Virus genome (UHGV): UHGV-0212814
Strand: one strand, 5' to 3'
Source of the DNA: a virus
Length of the DNA: 49,586 nt
The first letter of the stretch is position 1; each line of letters starts with the position of its first letter. The translations under genes and the position numbers were made by a program. Below the pieces are notes generated by a model. That model was not told where the DNA came from and searched no databases. It saw only the letters and a program-made list of their open reading frames with translations. Positions 42,471 through 49,586 of this stretch are shown in pieces.

Positions 42471-44675
42471 ACCCACATTCCCCTCATCAATCCAGAATCC
42501 TCCATGCTCCTTTATCCGGTTCCGGACTGTTTTTTCGGTCGTCCCCATGCTCTCCGCAAGTTCCTTCACGGTCACTTTTCCATCCTGATTAAAACTTTTT
42601 AAGGACTCATACTGCTCTTCCAGGCTATCCATCCGGTCCTTCTTTGCCTGCTCCGGCGTCCGTTTCTTCTTGAAATTCTTCTGCCAGCCGGGACTATCTG
42701 CTTCTGGCTGTATGTCCCCCAGGACGCCTACGGTGTCCACTCTGTGGCACGGGTAATCAAACCATAGGTTGACTGCAGGGAACTTCGGGAACTCCCTCAG
42801 TGTCCCCTCGATGCGCCAGGCCGTCACGGCCCTGGCCCTTGTCTTAGCGGCCTCCACGATGCGCTGCAGGGCCTCCCACTGCCACTTATCAAGATTCTCC
42901 TCACAGTATTTAAGCATCTGGTAACTGCTACATAAATCATCGTCTGACAGGTCATCCTCCCATTTGAAATGGGCATCCAGGTACTGCCTGCAGACCGCGC
43001 ACACCGCCTTGTCCTCCCCGGCCTTCAGCACATCCTCAGACAGTTCCAGCTCTATCATATCCAGCATGGCATCCGGGTCGCGGGCAAACACACCGGAACC
43101 GGATGCCCGGTCCATGGCCTTCTTCCCGCCCTGGCCGCCCTTACTGTGATGATGGCAGTAGATGACCGCCACGCCCAGCTCCGTGCAGACCTTATCGAAC
43201 TGGTTACAGAAATTGGCCATCTGGTCCGCGCTGTTCTCGTCACCGGTGATGACCTTATAGATGGGGTCAATCACGATGGCTATGTAGTTCTTCTTGGCGG
43301 CCCTGCGTATGAGCATCGGCGCCAGTTTGTCCATGGGCCTGGACTTCCCACGCAGGTTCCAGATATCGATGTTCCTGAGGTTATCAGGCTTATATCCCAG
43401 GGACTGGTATACGTCCCTGAAACGGTGCAGGCAGCTTGCCCGGTCCAGCTCCAGGTTCACGTACATGACCCGCCCCTGGGTACACTTCCATCCCAGCCAC
43501 TCACGCCCCTCGGCGATTGCGATGCACATCTCAATCTGCAGGAAGGACTTACCGGCCTTGGACGGCCCGGCTATGAGCATCTTATGGCCCTGGCGGAGCA
43601 CGCCATCAATTAGGCATGGTGCCAGTTCCGGGAGGTCATCCCAGACATCCTCCAGGCTCTCCGGGTCCGGCAGGTCATCATTGACGGACTCAATCCATTC
43701 CTTCCACTCGGCCCAGTTCGCTTTCCCGATATTGGTATCCATCAGGAACTGCTTATGTCCCCCGCGGATGATGCCTGGCATCCTGGACAGCCTGGAAGGG
43801 TTCTTATTCTGCGGGTCTATCTCAAGGCCGTTCTTTTTGCAGATGGTATATAGGTAGTCCACGCGCTTCTTATATTCCATGAAGTCAGCCGCATCCACCC
43901 GCACGATGGCGTGCAGGCTCTTCTTCCCGCTATGGACCAGGCATGCCACCGGAAGTTCAAGTTCCCTTATGATGGCGTGCTGCTTCTCAATGTCCATCCC
44001 ATCCGACTCCACCAGGGAGTAGCGGTAGTCAGCCACGTTCCTGTCCTTGACATCCATCCCATCCATAGGGTTGAAACGTATCCAGGCCCCTGCCTTCGGG
44101 TTGTAATCCCCCAGCACGCTTCCGATATCACCGTTGCAGCTGGACAATGCCTCAATCAGTTGGCCAGCCGTGCGGTCGTAAGCGCCTCTGTCTGCCGGGA
44201 TCCACTTCTCATCCTTCTTCCAGCTCTTTACCACATATCCGACATTCTCCCCGGCTTCGAACAGGGTCTCCAGATAAGTGATGAGCTGTTTCACTGGGTC
44301 CCAGCTGTCCGGTTCCTTCACGTCACGGCCTTCCACCCAGTCCGTATCCACGATGATGCCATCCGATGAGATGGTATCGTCCCAGTCCAGGGCCTGGCCC
44401 GGGTCATGGGACGGGGTCCATCCCTGCTCCCTGGCATACTGTACGATGGTGCCTCCCGTCACCGGCGTTCCATGACCGTGGAAACCATTCCATTTTTTCT
44501 GGCATTCCCCAGGATGATACCTGCCGGGGTCTTTCTGGCTCCAGGCATCCCATATATCCACGCCATAGCCCTCCTGGTCCAGGGCCATGCCGACATTCAG
44601 CCATTGCTGGTAATCCAGCCCCGCCGGCTCTATGCTGTTCAAGACCTCCAACAGGTCATACTGGTTATTGTCCAT
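42462..44675 (-). CDS. replicative primase/helicase (primase-polymerase-like N-term, RecA/AAA_25 ATPase, C-terminal HTH)
   Basis: Walker A IAGPSKAGKSF; Walker B VIDPIY; 737 aa; origin iterons immediately downstream. Confidence 0.75.
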   Translation of the reverse strand: MDNNQYDLLEVLNSIEPAGLDYQQWLNVGMALDQEGYGVDIWDAWSQKDPGRYHPGECQKKWNGFHGHGTPVTGGTIVQYAREQGWTPSHDPGQALDWDDTISSDGIIVDTDWVEGRDVKEPDSWDPVKQLITYLETLFEAGENVGYVVKSWKKDEKWIPADRGAYDRTAGQLIEALSSCNGDIGSVLGDYNPKAGAWIRFNPMDGMDVKDRNVADYRYSLVESDGMDIEKQHAIIRELELPVACLVHSGKKSLHAIVRVDAADFMEYKKRVDYLYTICKKNGLEIDPQNKNPSRLSRMPGIIRGGHKQFLMDTNIGKANWAEWKEWIESVNDDLPDPESLEDVWDDLPELAPCLIDGVLRQGHKMLIAGPSKAGKSFLQIEMCIAIAEGREWLGWKCTQGRVMYVNLELDRASCLHRFRDVYQSLGYKPDNLRNIDIWNLRGKSRPMDKLAPMLIRRAAKKNYIAIVIDPIYKVITGDENSADQMANFCNQFDKVCTELGVAVIYCHHHSKGGQGGKKAMDRASGSGVFARDPDAMLDMIELELSEDVLKAGEDKAVCAVCRQYLDAHFKWEDDLSDDDLCSSYQMLKYCEENLDKWQWEALQRIVEAAKTRARAVTAWRIEGTLREFPKFPAVNLWFDYPCHRVDTVGVLGDIQPEADSPGWQKNFKKKRTPEQAKKDRMDSLEEQYESLKSFNQDGKVTVKELAESMGTTEKTVRNRIKEHGGFWIDEGNVGKK

Positions 44676-44689
44676 GCTACATGTCCCTC

Positions 44690-46273
44690 CTACGGCGTAT
44701 AGTTCCTTGGGTCAATGCCTGACGGGACACGGTTCCATCCCATGGCGGCTATCCGGTCTATCATGTTCTTTGCGTCCTCCTTCTGCCAGGTACCTACATG
44801 CTGGAAGCCATATTTCTCCAGGCAGCGTATCTGTTTGGGGGATGATAGCCCTTCCCTCCTCCGCATGTCCAGGCGGTCAAGTAATTTCGCGGCCTTACCC
44901 GCGTTGTCAATCTGGTCCGGCAGTATGCCCTGTTTCTCAAGGGCTGCCTTCTGCCTATCGGTCGGCGGCGCCATCTCCCATCCGAATGCCGGGACATAGC
45001 TGCTCAGGTCCTCCGCCTGGATGCTCATCTCATACTGCAGCGGGTCGACCAGCTTCTTCTTCCTGTTCTTCATCTCCGCAAGCTGCTTGGCCAGGGCCTC
45101 CTCGCGTTCCGCAATCACATCCTTGGATGCCTTGTTTTCCGCTTCCTCTATATCCATCGGACAGCCGCAGGCCTCCTCCATGTTTTCGGTCATCTTCTGC
45201 GCCACTTCCCGGTCCGTACAGATGAGGTCTGCCGGATGGCATAGTTCATGGCGTTCCGTATGCCACAGGAAGTCCAGGAGCAGCAGATGCTCCTTACCGG
45301 GATGCAGCCGGGTTCCACGCCCTACCATCTGGCTGTACAGGCTCCTGACCTTGGTCGGCCTCAGTACCACGATACAGTCAACGGATGGGCAGTCCCACCC
45401 TTCGGTCAGCAGCATGGAGTTGCACAGGACGTTATGGTCCCCGCGGTCAAATGCTTCCAGTACCTCCGCCCGGTCCTTACTTTCCCCGTTGACCTCGGCG
45501 GCCCTGAATCCCTTTTCAATCAGGATGTCCCTGAATTTCTGGCTGGTCCTCACCAGCGGGAGGAATACCACGGTCTTCCGGTCCTTACAGTACTTTCCCA
45601 TCTCGTCCGCAATCTGGTACAGGTACGGGTCAAGGGCTGTCGCGATATCCCCGGCCTTGAAGTCCCCGGACTGCATCGCCACGCCTGACAGGTCCAGCTT
45701 CAACGGTATGGTCAGCGCCTTGATGGGTGACAGGTATCCACCCTTGATGGCCTTGGGGAGGGTATATTCATAGGCCAGGCTGTCAAACACCTGACCCAGG
45801 TTCTGCATGTCCCCACGGTCCGGTGTCGCTGTCACACCCAGGACCTTGGCGCTGTCAAAATGGTCCAGTATCTTCCGGTAGCTGTCTGATATGCAGTGGT
45901 GGGCCTCGTCAATGATGATGGTATTGAAATAACCGGCCGGGAACTGTCCCAGCCGTTTCTCCCTCATCAGGGTCTGGACGGAACCGACCACAATCCGGAA
46001 CCAGCTGCCCAGGCATGACTGCCCCGCCTTCTCCGTGGCACATCCCAGTTTCGTTGTCTTTGCGATCTTGTCCGCCGCCTGGTCCAGTAGTTCGCCCCGG
46101 TGGGCCAGGATCAGCACCCGGTCCCCACGGCGGACACAGTCCTCGGCCACCTTCGCAAAAACTATGGTCTTGCCGCAACCTGTCGGAAGGACCAGGATCG
46201 TCTTAAGGACGCCCTTGTCCCACTCCTCAAAGATGGCTGCCTTCGCTTCAGACTGGTATGGTCTCAGTTCCAT
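44690..46273 (-). CDS. DEAD/DEAH-box (SF2) DNA helicase
   Basis: PTGCGKT Walker A; DEAH (IIDEAHH); TAT motif III; 527 aa. Confidence 0.8.
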   Translation of the reverse strand: MELRPYQSEAKAAIFEEWDKGVLKTILVLPTGCGKTIVFAKVAEDCVRRGDRVLILAHRGELLDQAADKIAKTTKLGCATEKAGQSCLGSWFRIVVGSVQTLMREKRLGQFPAGYFNTIIIDEAHHCISDSYRKILDHFDSAKVLGVTATPDRGDMQNLGQVFDSLAYEYTLPKAIKGGYLSPIKALTIPLKLDLSGVAMQSGDFKAGDIATALDPYLYQIADEMGKYCKDRKTVVFLPLVRTSQKFRDILIEKGFRAAEVNGESKDRAEVLEAFDRGDHNVLCNSMLLTEGWDCPSVDCIVVLRPTKVRSLYSQMVGRGTRLHPGKEHLLLLDFLWHTERHELCHPADLICTDREVAQKMTENMEEACGCPMDIEEAENKASKDVIAEREEALAKQLAEMKNRKKKLVDPLQYEMSIQAEDLSSYVPAFGWEMAPPTDRQKAALEKQGILPDQIDNAGKAAKLLDRLDMRRREGLSSPKQIRCLEKYGFQHVGTWQKEDAKNMIDRIAAMGWNRVPSGIDPRNYTP

Positions 46274-46734
46274 TAAAAATCACCAGCCTTGAACTGCTTC
46301 GGCTGCGGCGCAAGATACTCGTCCACCTTGTTGTTCCTGCGTGGCTTCCCATTCTTGTCCGTATATTCATTCAGATATATCTTAAACCTTCCGGTGGAAC
46401 CGACCACCTCATTCCATCTGGGTTTCAGCTTCTCCCCTTTCGCACGCTGTCCGATGCACAGGAAGAACTGGCATAACTTCCACTCCATCTTGCTGTTCAG
46501 GATGAGGTCATCGTACACATGATGTTCCTTCCCCTCGGCGTCCTTGATGATACAGTCAATGGTCGCCTTGTTGCAGGCCGCCATCTTGTCACTCCCGGCA
46601 AACCGCCCGCGTTCCATGGTCCTGACCTCAAAATCATACTCACCGTCCGGTAACGGTTCAAAGTCCGCCCCATCATTCTCTATCTGGTCATCCCAGCCTA
46701 ATTCCCTGCCTAATGCCTCGTTCATGTCTGCCAT
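46273..46734 (-). CDS. DUF669-like phage protein (Sak4-associated)
   Basis: 153 aa directly downstream of the Sak4-like ATPase; C-terminal PKQFKAGDF. Confidence 0.55.
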   Translation of the reverse strand: MADMNEALGRELGWDDQIENDGADFEPLPDGEYDFEVRTMERGRFAGSDKMAACNKATIDCIIKDAEGKEHHVYDDLILNSKMEWKLCQFFLCIGQRAKGEKLKPRWNEVVGSTGRFKIYLNEYTDKNGKPRRNNKVDEYLAPQPKQFKAGDF

Positions 46735-46747
46735 ATCTGTTTACCTC

Positions 46748-47893
46748 CTAATTAAACACCAATCCGTCTTTTTCCTTCATTTCCTTAATTATTGGATATA
46801 CCTTGTCGCTCCAGCGGGCCACCAGGCATCCATCAATAAAATCTTTTGGATAATTCCATATAGGGACATCATCTGGGAAATACCCCTTTGCCCCAACCAC
46901 GGCCTGCACATCCCACTCATCCACCTGGTTGGCCACCATGAGGTCACGCAGGTTCTTCGGGATGCGTTCATCCACATCGGATGGTCCAGGCGGGTTCATG
47001 GGTCCATCATCAGCTGGTGGCGCTGTTTCCGTTTCTTTTGCAGGCTCCGTCCTGCCCTTGTCCTTGTTAGAAGCTGTTTCCTTTGTTGGGGACTGGCTGC
47101 TTTTAGGAGGGGTTGTGTCTGTTCCATCATGTCCCGTCATCCTGTCAGCAACCGGGGGCGTAGTGGCCTGTCCCTCAATGATATGGCGGATGCTGTCATA
47201 TTCAAACGGCACCTCATCCGGAAGTCCATATCGGTTCTTGGCATCCCAGCAGCTGTGGTGGGTGGTGTACATGACGCGTTTCCCGCCCTGGGCCTTGTTC
47301 TTCCCCTTCTGGGCTCCCTGTCCATCCACATTGACCACGAACGTCTTATAGTTACAGAACAGCACCATGTCGGCCCATTCCTTCACCATGGGGGATGTCT
47401 GCTTGGTCAGCTTCATCTCCCAGCGGTCATAGGCCCCAAGTTCGTCCGGCTGTTCGAATTTCCTCATCTTTGCATGGGCTGTCAGCACGACATTGACGCC
47501 GGTCCTGACCACTTCCTCTAACAGGTTCAGGAGCCGTCCGAATTCCTCCTGGACAAATGTATACCCCTTTCCATATCCGAAGTCCTCAATACTGCCCTTA
47601 TGGTTCTTGTCGCATATCTGGGTGATGCAGAGCATCTCCGCCCAGTCTGCCGTGTCAATGACCAGTGTCCTGCACAGGCCTGGTGTGCGTCTGACCTCCA
47701 TTACCTGTTCCATGAGCATCATCCAGCTGCTGGGCGTTGGTGTCCGGGCCACATCCATGTCCTTGGTCGAACCCTCCGTGTCAATGAAGAGCGGGTCCGG
47801 GAACATGGATGCGAATGTGGACTTCCCTATCCCCTCCGGGCCATATACGACCACCTTTTTTGCCCCGGGTATCTTTCCTTTGATGATTTCCAT
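46748..47893 (-). CDS. Sak4-like AAA_24 ATPase (single-strand annealing/recombination) with C-terminal extension
   Basis: YGPEGIGKST Walker A; VIDTAD Walker B; proline-rich linker then an extra domain. Confidence 0.7.
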   Translation of the reverse strand: MEIIKGKIPGAKKVVVYGPEGIGKSTFASMFPDPLFIDTEGSTKDMDVARTPTPSSWMMLMEQVMEVRRTPGLCRTLVIDTADWAEMLCITQICDKNHKGSIEDFGYGKGYTFVQEEFGRLLNLLEEVVRTGVNVVLTAHAKMRKFEQPDELGAYDRWEMKLTKQTSPMVKEWADMVLFCNYKTFVVNVDGQGAQKGKNKAQGGKRVMYTTHHSCWDAKNRYGLPDEVPFEYDSIRHIIEGQATTPPVADRMTGHDGTDTTPPKSSQSPTKETASNKDKGRTEPAKETETAPPADDGPMNPPGPSDVDERIPKNLRDLMVANQVDEWDVQAVVGAKGYFPDDVPIWNYPKDFIDGCLVARWSDKVYPIIKEMKEKDGLVFN

Positions 47894-47899
47894 CTATCT

Positions 47900-48160
47900 T
47901 CACTCCTTCTCAATTTTTTGGACCGTATCAACAAACTGGTAGAAGGTCCTGCCGCGCTCCGTTCTGCCCATACGTCTGCCAACCTGACGGAATATACATG
48001 TGCCGGTTGTTGGGTAATAGGAGTGTACGGCCCCTTTCCTGTCAGTCACGTTGACCTGGATACCCGCATTGTAGAACTGATACTGCAGGCCGGTCTCATT
48101 CTCCAGATAGTCAGCCATCCATCTGAACTGTGGTTTGATTTCGTAATATGTATCTGCCAT
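47900..48160 (-). CDS. hypothetical protein
   Basis: 86 aa from the ATG overlapping the upstream stop (TAATG); the track ORF extends to 48181. Confidence 0.4.
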   Translation of the reverse strand: MADTYYEIKPQFRWMADYLENETGLQYQFYNAGIQVNVTDRKGAVHSYYPTTGTCIFRQVGRRMGRTERGRTFYQFVDTVQKIEKE

Positions 48161-49440
48161 TAAAAATCGCCTGCCTTCCACCCTGTCTGTTTCGGTGGCT
48201 CAGGGGCTGCCGGCACATCCTGCCCTGACACATAGCCGTCCTCGATTATGATGCTGCACTCATCTCCCGTGCTTACCCTGGTTGCAATTGCCTGCAGGCC
48301 TTCCTGTTCCAGCCACTTCCCAAACTCCTGCAGGGTGTCCAGGTCCATCTGTTCCAGCTTGTCCAGGAGTACAAAACCACAGTTGGGGTTAAGCCTGCGT
48401 ACAATGGCTGTGGAGACCTTGAGCTGTTCGGACCCGGACATGTTGTCCCATTTCTGGCCGTTATAGATAAGTTCCCCTTCCTCCACGGACAGGCCGGGAA
48501 GCGGGAGGTCGGCTCCCTTTAACAGTTCAATCTTCTGTTCCCTTACCGCCTCTATCCTGGTGGTGAGGGCGTTGTACTGCGCCCTATAGTCCTTGGCATC
48601 CTCCTCGGCCTTGTCCTTATCCAGGTTTGCCCGTACCTTACGGTTGGTTTCCTCAATATCCGCAATGTTCTGCTCCAGCTCTGCCGTGGACTGGTCCACA
48701 AGGTCCTCAGCGCTTTCCCTGGCCACCTTAAGGTCCTCCTCAAGCCGGGACTGTTCCTGCAGCAGGGCCTGTATCTGCTCCGTGACCTTCTGGTATTCCT
48801 GCTCCAGCTGATGGCGCCGTTCCCGTTTCCTCTGGTTCTCCCCATTCCGCGCCAGGATCTCCTGCTGCTGACGGATAAGTTCGGATGCGGATATGGGGGT
48901 GGATGGTACATCCGGGAAATACGGCTGTTCCTTGGCGTACTTCTCCTTCTGGTCTGCCGTCCGGCCTATGTAGGTCCGCTCGTTGAACATCTCCTTCTCC
49001 TGACGCTCCAGTTCCACCAGCTGGGGGCCGACCCCTATAATCTGCAGCAGGGTGTTTGCCTTTTCTTTACTGCTTCCCTCCATGAACTTCGGAAGGTTTA
49101 GGGCCAGCTGTTCCACGAACCCATCCAGGAGTTGCTGCCCGGCCTTCTGGCCACTTGGGTCCGTCACCTTAAGGCTGCTGTTCTTCCCCTTGCGCTCCAC
49201 GACCAGGCCGTTGTTCATGACGATTTTAAGGTTAGGTGGGATGGTGGAGCCTTCCCTGGAGGCCTGCGATGGCCTGAAGCGCTCCCCTCCCAATGTCCAG
49301 GCTATGGCATCCAGCACGGACGTCTTCCCCTGGTTGTTCTTACCTCCGATGATGGTCAGGCCGTTAGCTGATGGCTCAATCTTTACGGCTTTGACACGTT
49401 TTACATTCTCAATCTCAAGCTTGTTAATCTTCATTGACAT
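48160..49440 (-). CDS. SbcC/Rad50-like AAA ATPase
   Basis: GKNNQGKTSVLDAIAWTLGG Walker A; long coiled-coil; C-terminal ABC signature region; ends PKQTGWKAGDF. Confidence 0.7.
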   Translation of the reverse strand: MSMKINKLEIENVKRVKAVKIEPSANGLTIIGGKNNQGKTSVLDAIAWTLGGERFRPSQASREGSTIPPNLKIVMNNGLVVERKGKNSSLKVTDPSGQKAGQQLLDGFVEQLALNLPKFMEGSSKEKANTLLQIIGVGPQLVELERQEKEMFNERTYIGRTADQKEKYAKEQPYFPDVPSTPISASELIRQQQEILARNGENQRKRERRHQLEQEYQKVTEQIQALLQEQSRLEEDLKVARESAEDLVDQSTAELEQNIADIEETNRKVRANLDKDKAEEDAKDYRAQYNALTTRIEAVREQKIELLKGADLPLPGLSVEEGELIYNGQKWDNMSGSEQLKVSTAIVRRLNPNCGFVLLDKLEQMDLDTLQEFGKWLEQEGLQAIATRVSTGDECSIIIEDGYVSGQDVPAAPEPPKQTGWKAGDF

Positions 49441-49586
49441 CTTGCATTTCCTCCAAGAATCCCTTATACTAAGGGTGTAAATAAGTTTTAGTTACCTGGA
49501 CTCCGGACGGCTCCACCCGTCTGGGTCCATTTTTTGTATGACCGGCACGGTATCATCCGGCTCCGCTCCGGGTACCTGTTCCTGTA

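Noticed and set aside
42165-42588. Two plus-strand ORFs (91 and 114 aa)
   Set aside because: They lie entirely within the iteron/origin repeats. Their repetitive F/P/S-rich translation is a repeat artefact.

Overview
This 49.6 kb window appears to be one near-complete temperate contractile-tailed (PBSX/Xkd-like) phage genome. It is carried as a prophage in a low-GC Gram-positive (Clostridia-like) host, about 50-55% GC, with strong Shine-Dalgarno sites. The window is circularly permuted relative to a canonical prophage, so it may be a tandem lysogen junction or a circular phage contig.

Left end (27-5531): early genes on the minus strand, then a Cro-like/ImmR-like XRE pair with divergent promoters and GACAC..GTGTC operators. 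These are followed by an ImmA/IrrE HEXXH metallopeptidase, a zinc-ribbon/TM/BLIP-like moron, a 520-bp structured non-coding leader, a tyrosine integrase, and an attP-like region with paired arm-type repeats.

Rest of the window (5569-49440): almost entirely minus strand, read right to left.
- Replication module: SbcC-like ATPase, Sak4-like AAA_24, DUF669, DEAD-box helicase, a primase/helicase with an adjacent iteron-type origin, RusA, and a PAPS-reductase-like protein.
- A sigma/ArpU-like late regulator.
- A low-GC three-gene cassette with defence-like architecture: a 302-aa protein plus a 4-TM protein.
- terS, terL and an SPP1-like portal.
- A MuF head protein with a C-terminal toxin-like extension and a small putative immunity gene.
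- Scaffold, decoration, major capsid, connectors, tail sheath, tail tube and XkdN-like chaperone.
- A roughly 4-kb accessory island.
- Tape measure, XkdP (LysM)/Q/R/S/T-like baseplate genes, tail fibres, and a lysis cassette (XhlA, holin, NlpC/P60 endolysin with cell-wall-binding repeats).

The most unusual findings:
1. A roughly 4-kb accessory island sits between the tail-chaperone and tape-measure genes. It carries a solitary type I-C-like mini-CRISPR array (3 repeats, 2 spacers) with its own promoter and terminator, its own XRE/RHH/Bro-N switch, and three paralogous MGLFG-headed genes with duplicated 5' leaders.
2. The tail-fibre gene and a convergent start-less ORF share an in-frame 12-bp inverted repeat, consistent with a Mu-G-segment-like invertible host-range switch. 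No invertase is visible in the window.
3. A MuF polymorphic-toxin/immunity pair.
4. A low-GC two-gene cassette with defence-like (RexAB/Kiwa-like) architecture.
5. Two small hydrophobic type-I-toxin-like peptides.
6. Two distinct perfect 16-bp palindromes, each present twice.

Coordinates of self-derived small ORFs and motifs may be off by 1-2 nt.
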